Shown here one piece after another: positions 26,055 through 37,491 of a DNA stretch of 64,000 bases. Below the pieces are notes generated by a model that searched no databases, was not told the origin of the DNA, and saw only the letters and a program-made list of their open reading frames with translations. Position numbers and translations under genes: made by a program. The DNA lies in NCBI GenBank assembly GCA_008690995.1, contig VRMN01000003.1, forward strand, positions 992,001 to 1,056,000, in the 5' to 3' direction. The stretch comes from Porphyridium purpureum. Taxonomy: Eukaryota. The stretch's first letter is position 1; every line of letters begins with the position of its first letter.

Positions 26055-28424
26055 CTAGTACATCTGCGAGGAACGGCGTTCCGGTCGGCCCCTATCTCTG
26101 TAAGAAGAAGAGCCGCCTCCGTCTCGCCGCTTCCAGTCACCACTTCCTCCGCCGTACGAGGTGTTTCGTGAAGAGCCATCTCGAGGTCCTCGCGTGTAAC
26201 TGCCCCGCGCACCACCGCCACTTTGCGCCTGGCCGCGATAGCTCCCTCCGCGTCCGCCGCCGCCGCCGCCACCACCACCTGATCGGTAGCCGCCAGAATA
26301 TCCACCTCGGGAGCCCCCACGCCCTCCATCACGGTACGTGGTCTCCGCCAGTCGAGGCAGCTCCTTTGCTGCACCAATCATAAAGTTCTTCATATCGCTG
26401 AGATCCTGCGACAGCAGCGCGTCCGCCTGCTCGACAGGCATATCGAACACCGCCATGGTGGGATCTTGACAGAGGCTCACCCTACCCAAATCAACTCGTA
26501 GACCAAAGCTTTCCGCCAGGCGACTCACAGTGCGCAACACCACGGGCACAGCGAGCGGTTCGCGAGCCTTAATGAGCATAGTCTTCTGATCCGTCTGACC
26601 CGTAAGGATGCTACGCTCCACAATCTCACGGCGGCGTGAAATAAGCGCAAGTGCTTTGGCCATGCGGTCCACCGCATTCTCGCTATTGACCAACATCTCC
26701 GCCTGTTCACGGAAGTAGTCCACCACCTTCAGATCGACCTCGTCAATGCTGGCGGCAGCCAGATCTGCGCACACAGACAGGACCTTTTCGGTACTTGGCA
26801 ACCCATGTCGCTCAAACTTGACGCCCGTGTCCATCGCAAGCTTGCGCAGGGCGCGCATCTCATCTTGAGAATACATAATGACCGCAGTTCCAGAGCGGCC
26901 TGCTCGACCTGTGCGCCCCGAGCGGTGAACATACGACTCTGTGTCCATCGGCACCCGGAACTGTACGACCAGATCAACACCCGAGATGTCCAAACCGCGC
27001 GCGGCGACGTCGGTGGCCACGAGGACCGCAAATCGTCCCTGCCGGAATTGCTGCAGCGTATTTTCACGCTGTTTTTGAGTGACATCGCCGTGCAGTACGG
27101 CCGCACCTGCTTTGAGAGCACCCGAGGTCGCAAGCTCATCGGCTTCGCGCTTCGTTTGCGTAAACACAATGGCGCGGCCGCCTCCAAACCCACCACCGAA
27201 TACAGTCACGATATCATCAAGGAATGCAGCGCGTGCTTCAAAGTCGCGCGGCACTTGCACCGCACAGTGGCGCACGGTCGTCGCGGCCGAGGACTCGCCG
27301 CGCCCGATTGCGTCAAACATTACGGGATTCTTCTGATGTTTGTCCGCGATTTTCTTAACCCACGAAGGCACGGTGGCGGAAAACAAGATCGTCTGGCGCT
27401 GCTCTTTAGGAGGTAGAAAGTCCATCATGACATCAACATCCTCAGCGAAACCCATCGAGAGCATTTCGTCCGCTTCGTCCAGCACCATGAACCTGACAGT
27501 ATCCATTTTCAGTGAGCCGCGGTTGAGGTGATCGATCGTGCGCCCGGGTGTACCCACAAGAATGTCGATGCCGCGGCGCAGAGCGCTCTCCTGAGCTCCG
27601 TACGGGCTACCGCCATAAAAGCATTCGGTGCTCATGCCATGAATGCGAGCGATATCATCCAGCTCGCGGGCCACCTGCGACGCAAGTTCGCGCGTCGGCG
27701 CGAGAATCACGCACGCCGGTCCGCGCCCAGGCGTGCGTCCTATGCCCGTGGTGTCCTCGTCCGTGCCCATGATGCTCGCAAGCTTCTCGATAATGGGCAA
27801 ACCGAATGCGAGCGTCTTTCCGGTCCCCGTGCGCGAGCGGGCGATCATGTCCCTTCCGTCGTACACCGAGTCAAACGTGCCGTACTGGACCTCGGTCATT
27901 TCGAAAATGTTCTTCTCGGTCAGCTTGGCCACCACTTTTGGGCTCACTCGATAGTTCGCGAACAAATGCGAGCTCACGCCTTCGTCCAGGCGTTTCACAG
28001 CAGCCGCGTTCGGCCCAGTCTTTGAATCTCCTTCGCGCTTGCGCTCGTGCGTCCTGTCATCCGAGCTGTCGACCTCGACTGCGCCTTTGGCAGACATTGC
28101 GTTCTCGAGTTCTGCGTCGCTGTCCATTTCTGATTCGGACGGTCTGTCCGACTCTGAGTCGTCTGTCTCGACCCAGCCCTTCACGTCCAATTCATCGCGC
28201 TCAACGTCCAACGAGGCCACGCGGAGCCGATGCACCCTCCTGAACGAGGACGCGCTGACCACGCCGGCGCTCCCACCCAGCCCCACGCACCTCGCGGCCG
28301 GCGCCGAGCCGAGCTGATAAATAAACCCATTCCGCGCGCTCATTGCGCCCACGCTCCCTGTACATCCCGCAACAAACCCGACTCGCCCCGCGACGGCGCC
28401 GGCCGAACTTCCCGTGCGCGCCAT
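26055..28424 (-). CDS. DEAD-box RNA helicase of the DDX21/RH3/RH9 (GUCT) family, probably plastid-targeted
   Basis: RTGTGKTLAF, PTRELA, DEAD, SAT, LVATDVAARGLD and HRSGRTGRAG motifs, a GUCT-like region, an RGG-rich tail and a transit-like N-terminus. Confidence 0.9.
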   Translation of the reverse strand: MARTGSSAGAVAGRVGFVAGCTGSVGAMSARNGFIYQLGSAPAARCVGLGGSAGVVSASSFRRVHRLRVASLDVERDELDVKGWVETDDSESDRPSESEMDSDAELENAMSAKGAVEVDSSDDRTHERKREGDSKTGPNAAAVKRLDEGVSSHLFANYRVSPKVVAKLTEKNIFEMTEVQYGTFDSVYDGRDMIARSRTGTGKTLAFGLPIIEKLASIMGTDEDTTGIGRTPGRGPACVILAPTRELASQVARELDDIARIHGMSTECFYGGSPYGAQESALRRGIDILVGTPGRTIDHLNRGSLKMDTVRFMVLDEADEMLSMGFAEDVDVMMDFLPPKEQRQTILFSATVPSWVKKIADKHQKNPVMFDAIGRGESSAATTVRHCAVQVPRDFEARAAFLDDIVTVFGGGFGGGRAIVFTQTKREADELATSGALKAGAAVLHGDVTQKQRENTLQQFRQGRFAVLVATDVAARGLDISGVDLVVQFRVPMDTESYVHRSGRTGRAGRSGTAVIMYSQDEMRALRKLAMDTGVKFERHGLPSTEKVLSVCADLAAASIDEVDLKVVDYFREQAEMLVNSENAVDRMAKALALISRRREIVERSILTGQTDQKTMLIKAREPLAVPVVLRTVSRLAESFGLRVDLGRVSLCQDPTMAVFDMPVEQADALLSQDLSDMKNFMIGAAKELPRLAETTYRDGGRGGSRGGYSGGYRSGGGGGGGGGRGGSYRGQAQSGGGARGSYTRGPRDGSSRNTSYGGGSGDWKRRDGGGSSSYRDRGRPERRSSQMY

Positions 28425-29347
28425 TGCCGCAGCCCCGTGTCGTCTCTCCCCAGCGACAAATCCCCCTACACACACGCGCGATCAACCCTTCCGCTCTCTT
28501 CTACCACCCCACCACACTCCCCACTCTCCACACCCCTTCCTCGTTCCAATGCCTGCTCCCACCCGTCCACTCTCTCCCTTCCCCTCCTTCACCTTCCTTC
28601 CATCGCCGCCTTTATCCGTCCACACTAAAACACACTTTCATATCTAAACCAACCAACCCTCCACTACTACTACTACTTACCCGTTCCTTGTTACGCCGCC
28701 CGGTGCTCCCTCCGGCCCCCGGCCCATTTTTTGTCCTTGTTCTTTCCTCCCCCACCGACTCAACCCAAGCTTTGCACGTTTTCGAGTGCGTTTTCATAGT
28801 ACACGGCCCCATATCCCATGCCATTCATAGAAGATCGCAGTTACGACACACCCACGCACGCGCAGTTGCCGCTGCGGCTTACCGGCCGTGCGCGCGCGCG
28901 TGTGTGTGCGTGAAAAGCTGCACATTCCCTAGCCCCTTCCCCGGCCGCCTCCATCCAAACTCCGTAAACTGCTGTACACAATCTTGAGGTCACACTGTAC
29001 ACCACCTGGCTTTTCGCTCGGGCTTACGCGCTCATGCCGCATTGGAATGGCATCTCCGGGCCACAGCGCGATCCGGCGGTACAGTGGGGAGGAGTGGGGG
29101 TACAGTCTGGCTGTGCGCGGGTCGGTGCTGCGGCGGTGCGGTGGCGAGGCGGTGCGGGCGAGTAGCGGAGGGAGGCGAAGACGGCAGCAGTGCTTGAAGG
29201 TCGCGTGTGGCGCGGTGGTGGATGAGCAGAGCGCGGGCGTGGACAGGATCGGGGCTGGATCGGTGGTGGCGGGAGGGGCAGCTGCGCAAGACGCCGGTGG
29301 GAAGGGTGCCTGAAAGGCGGCTGGGAGCACGCACAGACGCCGGCGAA

Positions 29348-32300
29348 ATGGCCACGACGCGCAGAGACCTGCTCCTCAAGTTGCAGGATGACGCGCAGAG
29401 GGTGTGGGACGCAGACCGCACGTTCGAGCAGGACGCCCCGCCGAGCTCCGAGTTCGTTGGGACGGACGGGCAGGAGGTGTCCCTGGAGGAGAAAAACAAG
29501 TTCCTCGTCACCTTTCCGTATCCTTACATGAACGGATACCTGCACCTGGGCCACGCGTTCTCCATGTCCAAGGCAGAGTTTTCCGTCGCCTACGCAATGC
29601 TCAAGGGTAAGCGAGCCCTCTTTCCATTCGGCTTCCACTGCACGGGTATGCCCATCCAGGCCGCAGCAAACAAGCTGCGCAGAGAAATGGAGACATACGG
29701 CACACCGCCAGCCTTCCCGGCAAGCGAAACAGAAAAGGATAGCGAGTCGCCGTCATCCGTAGCGGACGAAGCATCAGCGGCAGCAGCAAAGAGCAAGTCG
29801 ACCAAGTCCAAGGCAGCGGCAAAGCAAGGACGCGCAAAGTTCCAGTGGGAAATTCTGCAGATGTCCGGAATCCCGGACGCTGACATTCCGCGCTTTGCAG
29901 AAGCTTTGAGCTGGCTCGAATATTTCCCGCAGGAGGGACTGAAAGACTTGCAAGCGTTTGGCGTGCATACGGACTGGAGGAGGAGCTTCATCACGACCGA
30001 TGTGAATCCATACTACGACTCGTTCATTCGCTGGCAGTTCAATCTGCTGAGAAAGCTCGAAAAGATCAAGTTTGGGAAGCGCAATACCATCTACTCTCCG
30101 CTGGACGGCCAAGCGTGCGCGGATCACGACCGCGCGTCCGGCGAAGGCGTGGGCCCGCAAGATTACACGATCATCAAGCTGGAGGTCATCACCGCTCCGG
30201 GAACCCAGTTGCCGGCAGCGCTCGAGCAGTATAGGGACCAGAAGAAAGGCTTGTATTTAGCGGCCGCCACGCTTCGACCGGAGACCATGTACGGCCAAAC
30301 AAATTGCTGGGTGCAGCCGGACGGAGAGTATGGCGCGTTTGAGGTCAGTACGAATGGCGACGTGTTTATCTGCACAGAGCGCTCTGCGCGGAACATGTGC
30401 TATCAAGGACTCAGTCCAGAGCACGGCAAGGTGAGCAAGGTGTGCGACTTGAGAGGATGGGACCTGATTGGGCTCGCGTTGCGCGCTCCCAATGCGATGA
30501 TAGAAACGGTTTACGTCTTGCCCCTTCTCACGGTCTCGGCGGCAAAGGGTACCGGCGTTGTGACTAGCGTGCCATCGGATGCTCCGGACGACTTTCGAGG
30601 TCTTCAAGACCTGAAGGAAAAGCCCGCTCTGCGCCAGAAATTTGGCGTCAAGGACGAGTGGGTTCTTCCCTTTGAGCCAGTACCTATCATTGACACACCA
30701 GACTTTGGCCCACTTGCGGCCGTCACCGCGTGCGAGCAGTACAAGGTACAAAGTCAGAATGATCGCGACGCTCTGGCAAAAGCCAAGGAAGAAGTGTACA
30801 AGAAGGGCTTCTATGGGGGTGTTTTGACCGTTGGGCCGCACAAGGGTGAGTCAGTGGAAAAGGCAAAGCCCATCATCCGTGATGAAATGCTGGCTGCCGG
30901 GCAGGCAGTGGCGTACGCCGAACCAGAGAAGACCGTCATGAGTCGATCGGGAGACGAGTGTGTTGTTGCCTTTATGGACCAATGGTACCTCGACTATGGC
31001 GATGCCGAATGGAAGCAACAGGCGTACACGTGCCTTTCGCGAATGAACATGTATCACGCTGAGACCACGCGCGGGTTTGAGCACGTGCTTGGTTGGCTGC
31101 GCGAGTGGGCCTGCTCGCGCTCGTTTGGACTCGGCACCAAGCTTCCTTGGGACCCACAATACGTAATAGAATCCCTGTCCGACTCGACTATTTACATGGC
31201 GTACTATGCTGTCGCGCATTTGCTCCAGGGTAAGGATAACATGAATGGCAAGCAAGTAGGTCCTCTGGGCATTCGCGCAGACCAAATGACGGACGAGATA
31301 TGGGACTTTGTTATTCTTGGGAAAGATCTGTCAGATGATCAACTCGCAAGGGCCGGATTCGCCTCCGCGGATCGGGCTCACCTCGATCAGATGCGTACAG
31401 AAGTTCTTTTCTGGTATCCGATGGACCTGCGGGTGTCTGGGAAGGATTTGATTGGTAATCATTTGTCGTTTTCTATTTTTAATCACTGCGCGATCTTCCC
31501 GGAGAACAAATGGCCGCTTGGGTTTCGTGCTAACGGGCACATGCTTATTAATGCAGAAAAGATGTCAAAGAGCACGGGGAATTTCTTGTCGCTTCGTGAG
31601 GCAATCAGTATGTACTCCGCAGACGGCGTGCGATTCGCGCTCGCTGACGCCGGAGACTCAGTCGAAGACGCAAATTTTGCGACCAAGATGGCCGATGATG
31701 CGGTGCTGAAGCTGACCACGCTGATTTCTTTCGTGGAAGAAGGCATGCGCGGCTTGCAGAGTATGCGACACGGTGAGTTCACCTTTTACGATCGTGTTTT
31801 CATTGCGCAGATCCAGCGGGCAACTTCGTTGGCCGACGCAGCGTACGCCGGTATGTTGTACCGTGAAGCCCTCAAAGTGGGATTCTTCGAGTTACAGTCG
31901 GCCCTGGGCTTATACCGAGTGGCCGTTGGCGCGGACCAGAAAACCTGGTGCGAGAATTTCCACAGGGATGTCTTTCTCAAGTTTGTGGAGCACCAAATTC
32001 TGTTGATAACCCCCCTGTGTCCGCACACGTGTGAGTACTTGTGGAATCTTGTCGGCAAAACCATTGGAAAGGAAGGCACTGTGGTTTGCGCGCGGTGGCC
32101 TGATCACGAGGAACATGATCAGGTACTGCTCGACGCAGCGCTCTACTTGGAGGCACTCAAGGAGCGCATTCGGCAAGCCCTCTTACCCAAAAAGGTGAAA
32201 AAGGGCGCAGCACCTCCCACAGCGTGCAGGCAAGTTCGCATTTTTGTGGCTACACAAGTACCAGAGTGGCAATCTCTGTGCCTGGAGGTGCTAAAGTCAT

Positions 32301-32644
32301 CGTACGACGCAAGCACGGAAGACAGGTTTCCCAAGGACCTTGACAAGCGCGTTGCTGGCGCCTTGACCCCGGAGATCAAGAAAATGATGAAGAAAGTCAT
32401 GCCTTTCGTGGGGATGATTCGCGACAAAGCCAAACTGGAAGGAGAAACCGCGTTTGACGCACGTCCAAAGTTCGACGAGGTCGAAGTTCTAAACGAAAAC
32501 CTCGAGATTTTGTGCACACAGCTTGGCGTTCCAAGCGCGTGCGTAGTAACTGCTGGTGAAATCTCGGCTGCCGATCCGGCGTTTGAGTATGCACAGGATG
32601 CTGTTCCTGGCAAGCCGGCTTTGTTTCTCATTAGAGAGGAATAA
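29348..32644 (+). CDS. LARS1: Leucyl-tRNA synthetase, cytosolic (eukaryote/archaeal type)
   Basis: TFPYPYMNGYLHLGH (HIGH), editing domain ATLRPETMYGQTN and GTGVVTSVPSDAPDD, KMSKS, C-terminal PGKP. Confidence 0.96.
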   Translation: MATTRRDLLLKLQDDAQRVWDADRTFEQDAPPSSEFVGTDGQEVSLEEKNKFLVTFPYPYMNGYLHLGHAFSMSKAEFSVAYAMLKGKRALFPFGFHCTGMPIQAAANKLRREMETYGTPPAFPASETEKDSESPSSVADEASAAAAKSKSTKSKAAAKQGRAKFQWEILQMSGIPDADIPRFAEALSWLEYFPQEGLKDLQAFGVHTDWRRSFITTDVNPYYDSFIRWQFNLLRKLEKIKFGKRNTIYSPLDGQACADHDRASGEGVGPQDYTIIKLEVITAPGTQLPAALEQYRDQKKGLYLAAATLRPETMYGQTNCWVQPDGEYGAFEVSTNGDVFICTERSARNMCYQGLSPEHGKVSKVCDLRGWDLIGLALRAPNAMIETVYVLPLLTVSAAKGTGVVTSVPSDAPDDFRGLQDLKEKPALRQKFGVKDEWVLPFEPVPIIDTPDFGPLAAVTACEQYKVQSQNDRDALAKAKEEVYKKGFYGGVLTVGPHKGESVEKAKPIIRDEMLAAGQAVAYAEPEKTVMSRSGDECVVAFMDQWYLDYGDAEWKQQAYTCLSRMNMYHAETTRGFEHVLGWLREWACSRSFGLGTKLPWDPQYVIESLSDSTIYMAYYAVAHLLQGKDNMNGKQVGPLGIRADQMTDEIWDFVILGKDLSDDQLARAGFASADRAHLDQMRTEVLFWYPMDLRVSGKDLIGNHLSFSIFNHCAIFPENKWPLGFRANGHMLINAEKMSKSTGNFLSLREAISMYSADGVRFALADAGDSVEDANFATKMADDAVLKLTTLISFVEEGMRGLQSMRHGEFTFYDRVFIAQIQRATSLADAAYAGMLYREALKVGFFELQSALGLYRVAVGADQKTWCENFHRDVFLKFVEHQILLITPLCPHTCEYLWNLVGKTIGKEGTVVCARWPDHEEHDQVLLDAALYLEALKERIRQALLPKKVKKGAAPPTACRQVRIFVATQVPEWQSLCLEVLKSSYDASTEDRFPKDLDKRVAGALTPEIKKMMKKVMPFVGMIRDKAKLEGETAFDARPKFDEVEVLNENLEILCTQLGVPSACVVTAGEISAADPAFEYAQDAVPGKPALFLIREE

Positions 32645-32799
32645 TTAAATAAGCACGATCAAGAACATCCGAGTAGAGTGAACGGTTGTTTTTTTTTTTT
32701 CTTTCCGCGTTCAAGCGCGCAGCACCAGCTTCGTAAGAGGTGAAGCGAGCAGCGCGGGCGCGAGAAGAAAAGCACGTGACGAGATCACTGCTCCACAGG

Positions 32800-33843
32800 T
32801 CATGGGTCTGCAGGAGTCAGGTTCAGGATCGTATAGTCTGCTAGTCCTCGAAGCTCCGTGTGGGTATCGGCGTCCTCTGCACTTGACATCTCCGCCAACT
32901 CGTCCATCGGGCGGAAGACAAAGGTCAGAATTTGTGTGTTTGGACGATACCGCTGCAAGTGCTCATGAATACCCAGCTTGTGTTCGACGTGAAACGAGCC
33001 AGTCACGTGGAACACTAGCGATGCTGCAGCCTCTCCGTCCCGGTCGTGGGAGCCAGCATCGAGAGCTCGCGAGACGTTCCACGCCATGGTTGCATCCCAT
33101 AGCGACTGCGCGTCAAGCATAGACGCAGGTACGGGCCGCTGCTCCTGTGGATTGGAGCGCAATTGCTGCATGGTCTGTATGAACTTGCGCTCGTATTGCG
33201 AGGACGCACCTGCAATTGGAAGAGGAGGGAGCAGCGCTCGCGCACGGTAATCAAGTAAAGATTCTCCCAATTTGTCGCGTCCCGTGCGTCGGATCATTTT
33301 GACATAGCGGCGTGGCGCGTTTGCTGCAATAACACGCAGTTTTCTTTGTCTGCAGAATTCAACGAGACCACGATACTGTGTAGCGTAGTTTGACGGTGGC
33401 CTGGAAAGCTGTAAAAATTCCTCTTCGCTGATCAGCCCTGCGAGGTACTCGTCGAGAACCAACTGGGTGTCTGTCTCAAAGAACTCGAGCGAAAGCGCGA
33501 CGCGTTCGGCTGACCCTGATTTGTTCTCGCCAAACTTGGAATAGATGGCGTTCAACAATTGCAGTGCGCCACTAGCTGCATGCGGATCCGTGTGGATTTC
33601 GCCACACAACACAACTTGACAAGCTGGCACTTCATCGAGCTTGAGCCTCACTAAGCTCTCTAGAGACTCACTGTAAGGAAGCACCGTGCCTGAAGCATCC
33701 ACCACTTTCCGCCGGAAACGGCTTGCCATTGCATCGCCGGCACCGCCGCCGCCTTCCGCGCTGCAGAATGAACGCACCGATCTGCCGGATGTGCGGAGAA
33801 GCGCTAACAGCCGCGAACACGGAATATTGACGGCTGGGATCAT
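32800..33843 (-). CDS. ChaN / DUF399 family protein (EreA/ChaN/Tiki superfamily) with presequence-like N-terminus
   Basis: VVLCGEIH, LSLEFFETDTQLVLDEYLAG, Y..LVEFCR...L.VIAANAPRRYV, AQSLWDATMA, GSFHVEHKLGI. Confidence 0.82.
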   Translation of the reverse strand: MIPAVNIPCSRLLALLRTSGRSVRSFCSAEGGGGAGDAMASRFRRKVVDASGTVLPYSESLESLVRLKLDEVPACQVVLCGEIHTDPHAASGALQLLNAIYSKFGENKSGSAERVALSLEFFETDTQLVLDEYLAGLISEEEFLQLSRPPSNYATQYRGLVEFCRQRKLRVIAANAPRRYVKMIRRTGRDKLGESLLDYRARALLPPLPIAGASSQYERKFIQTMQQLRSNPQEQRPVPASMLDAQSLWDATMAWNVSRALDAGSHDRDGEAAASLVFHVTGSFHVEHKLGIHEHLQRYRPNTQILTFVFRPMDELAEMSSAEDADTHTELRGLADYTILNLTPADP

Positions 33844-34055
33844 AGCTGCACAAGAGTGATCCTCCAAATCTCGCGCTGGTTGGAACCTTGACGAGTTACC
33901 AGAAACTCGCTTCCGTGACCATGCGACGTTCGAATGTTTAATTCCAAGTCTATTCTTGCTATGTATTGGCTACAACAACAGGGTGCAGAACGCAGCACCC
34001 TTTCGTACGCTGTTGGAACCACGGACCTACAAAATAAATGCTAGCATGTCAGACT

Positions 34056-37000
34056 CTACTCGGCACCCATCATAAGCTTGAGGAGCTCCAAACTCTCTTT
34101 CTCGGATTGAGACATGGCGCCTTCCCGAATAGCGTACGACTGGTACACGAGCACCAGTTCCTGTTTCTCCTTCATCGATACAACCTTGTTGTCGACCTTG
34201 GCCGGCAGCAGGCGCCCAAAGCGCAGCATCTTAATGATATCGTCAACCGCAGTCTCAAGACGATCCTGGCGCAGCGCGCCGGCAGCATCTGTCATCAGCC
34301 CGCTGCACCGCCGCTGGATGCATTCAAGCAAAATGTCTTGCGCTTGCTGCTCGTCAATGCTGAAACCGTTTTGGGCGGTGCTCAAAGCAGACTGATCAGT
34401 TGGGGTGATGCGACCGTTTTCGATCGCGTCATCCACTTCGACGGCAAACAGCTTGCCTCGCTGGTCTGCTGAAACCTTCAGGTCCTTCACCATATCAACG
34501 CCATTCTGCGCAGCTGTTTCTCGCACCTTGCGCACCATTTCTGGTAGCACACGCGGCGATGCAAAGCAGCGCTCTACGAGTACCATCACCCGGCCCATCT
34601 TGGCCTCGAGAATCATATCATTGAATTCCTTATCGGTCAGACCTGTTTCTTGCTGAATGGGCTTGATTGCCTGAAGGATCTGATCCGTGATCGGGCCTTG
34701 TTGCAGAATCTGACCCAAAAAGTTGTTCAGAATTGGCCTGCCAATGCTCTGGTCCACTTCCTTTTGCTCAACGGGCGTCAGGCCCAAGATCGGCGCCAGC
34801 TTAGACTTCTCCGCGTACAGGCGAGACTGCTCCTGCGTCGACGCCTTTGTTGCAAAGCACTGAATTGAGTACTGTCTGTACAGCTCTTGAACCAGCTTGG
34901 GTTCAAACGCGCCTCGCAAGTCCACGGGATACTTGTATGATTTTCGCGTCTTCTTCACCTTTCTGAGCTCCATCTTGGGCTCCTTCTTAGCTTGCCCTGC
35001 TTCCTCTGCCGCCGTAGCCTCTGAACCGGCTCCCTCATCTGCGGTAGTGCCTTCTTTCGAGGCGCCAGTCATCGCCGAAGTCGCCGACTCCTCTGAACTC
35101 TCTGGCACTTCAACCATCTCCTCGACCTCGTACTCCTCGGTCTCCTCGATCAGGATCTTGTTTCGCACGTAAAACTCGACCATAGCGTACAGCTCGATGG
35201 TCAGTCCTGACCCTTCAATACCCAACTGAGCACCGGCACGATTCACAAATGGATCATCACCCACATCACGCTCCTCTGTTGCACCTCGGATGGTTTGACG
35301 CGCTTGCATGACCTTCACGGCACGTTGTGCAAAGTTGAACAAGCGACCCTTGGCGACTTGGTAAAAAATCTGCTTGCCCGCGTCCTCCGTCAAGCATAAG
35401 CGCTCACGTAGCCGGGCAAGAGCCGCTTGGTATTCCTCAAGAATAATGCCGCTCGAACCCATCGCTTCGTTCACTGCTTGCTCGTAAATAGGTGCACACA
35501 CCTTGGCGTGCGTGTCGGTGACGTCGGCCAAGGTGAGATCCAAAAAGTCACGCAGTTTCGCCAGCTGTGCTGCGTCCAGTTCGGACAGAATACGATTCCC
35601 GTCCGCAAACTTGAGCAGTCGCTCCCGGTATAAATCACCATTGATCTGCTTCACGGTCTGCTCCGGAACGCTCAGGCTCGTCAGCAACTTCCTCAAATCT
35701 GCCTTTGCCGAGTCGGTCAGTTCCTGGCCTTCTTGCAGCTTGAGCGCTGCCTCCTTGCGGTACAACGGTCCTGTAGTGACCCGGTAAGCTTCCGCAGCGT
35801 CGTCTTCCGTAAGGTTTAGCACATTTCGAAGCAGATTCAGCTGCTTGGCCTCGCCTTCATCGACGTTGCGGTCGCTCAAACACTCACCCAAGAACACGCG
35901 GTACATTTGCTTGGGTTCCTGTCGGCCGAGCTCTTCAGACACGTCGCCCATGTAAAGTCTCAATGCAGCCATCGGATCAGCGTCCTCCGAACCCATGGTA
36001 GCGCGCACTAGTCGCACAATGTTCTCGGTGTGTGCGAGCGCATCCTTGAGCGAAGACACGGTTCCAGACATATTGTTCAAGCGCAAATTCTTGCGCGTTT
36101 CTTGCAGCTTGCCTATTATATCGTCCCTGATATGTGAGTACAGAATGTTGCGCGCCTCCTCGCGTCCCAGCAACAGTTCGCTCTGACGCAAAGCGAGCCG
36201 TCCGTAGATCTTGGTCGCGTTACTAGCTTCTGGGTCGGAGCTCTGCACATCCGTCAGCGCCAAACGAACTGCCTCCGCGTAAACGGGCGAGGTGAAGCGT
36301 ACCAAAAAGTCACGGGCGGTCTCTTCGCTGACCGAAAGTAAATCGCGGAGACGCACGAACTTTTGCTGGTCGCTTTCATCAAAGAAGCCCTTTTCATTGA
36401 CGCAGATCTGGAGCTGCGCCTGGTAGGCGTCACGCTTCACGGTGCGTGTGTCATCATCCGTCATCCCCAGCGCGTCCTGCAGGCTGCGCAAGTCCTCTGC
36501 CGTGATCTTAGGATCCTTGATCGCCTTCTCTACCGTCTTACGATAGAACGGCAGTGCTACGCCTACAATACGTGCCTTGGCTGCCGCCTCAGTAATGTTG
36601 AAGAACTTCCAGACGCGAGCATTTTCGTACCTGTATGCCTCTTCACCGTCCTTTGCAAATACGCGATCGGACAGGAACAGAATCTTATCAAGGCCATCGC
36701 GCGCGGCGCGCACATTGTCATCGTCCTCCTCCGATTCAAGCCATACCACATTTTCTCGGTAAAAGTCGCGCGACGCTTCGTAATGCGCGTTGCCGACCTG
36801 CGTTCCATCCAGCCCCAGCGCGCTCTTCAGCCGAAGCAACTCACCCACCTCAGACGCCTTGGTGGCGCCCTTGGTCGCGTACACCATGGCCTTAAAGTAC
36901 AGCGAATAGATGCTCTTCCGCAACTCCGCAAACGCCTCGGCGTCCATGCCGCTTTCGCGTTGCAGCTTATCGACATCTGCGCGCACTTCCTGCGCGCTTG

Positions 37001-37491
37001 TGAGCCCGCGCTCCTGAATGATGCGAATAATCTTTTTCCTCGCCTCCTTTTGGGAATCCGACGTGAGTCTAGACGCCGCGACCGCTGCGACGCCACCCGC
37101 TACGGCGGCCGCCACTGGAGGAGCCATGTTTTGGGCGCTCGTATTCCGCGATGCCGCGATCCCGCCGCCCACGGCGGCCGCGGCCACCGGCGACCAGCGC
37201 GGCAGTGCGCACGGCCGGCGACATTCCGACCGATCCCGCCATGCGGGCCGACCATATCCTCCACGGAGCGTTGCACCAGATCAATTGGGGACGTCGCGGC
37301 GGCGGCGGCAGCGGCCTTTGCGCCGGCACGGCGGCCGCACGCGGCGGCTTCTCGGCCATCACCATTCGCGTGGCGGCGCCACGGCGTCGCCGCACATCGG
37401 CCGGGTGCACACACCACGCGTGCCCGACCACGCCAGGCCCGCGGACCCACCGCAGCCCGACGGGCGCGTTCCACACAAACATGAACACCAT
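34056..37491 (-). CDS. TIC110: Plastid inner-envelope translocon component Tic110; 5' ~300 bp is frameshifted in this sequence
   Basis: ~1050 aa helical protein with two N-terminal hydrophobic segments, ELLRLKSALGLD..VGNAH and KILFLSDRVF. The transit peptide MVFMFV.. starts at 37491 in another frame. Confidence 0.85.

Noticed and set aside
28672..28690. ACTTACC resembling the U1 snRNA 5' end
   Set aside because: No U1 stem-loops or Sm site follow. It is more likely a minus-strand GTAAGT donor in the helicase 5' region, or chance.
36363..37484. Long antisense ORFs (373 aa here; also 20078-21067, 52330-53382 and others)
   Set aside because: They lie opposite well-supported genes in GC-rich coding DNA and are expected shadow ORFs.
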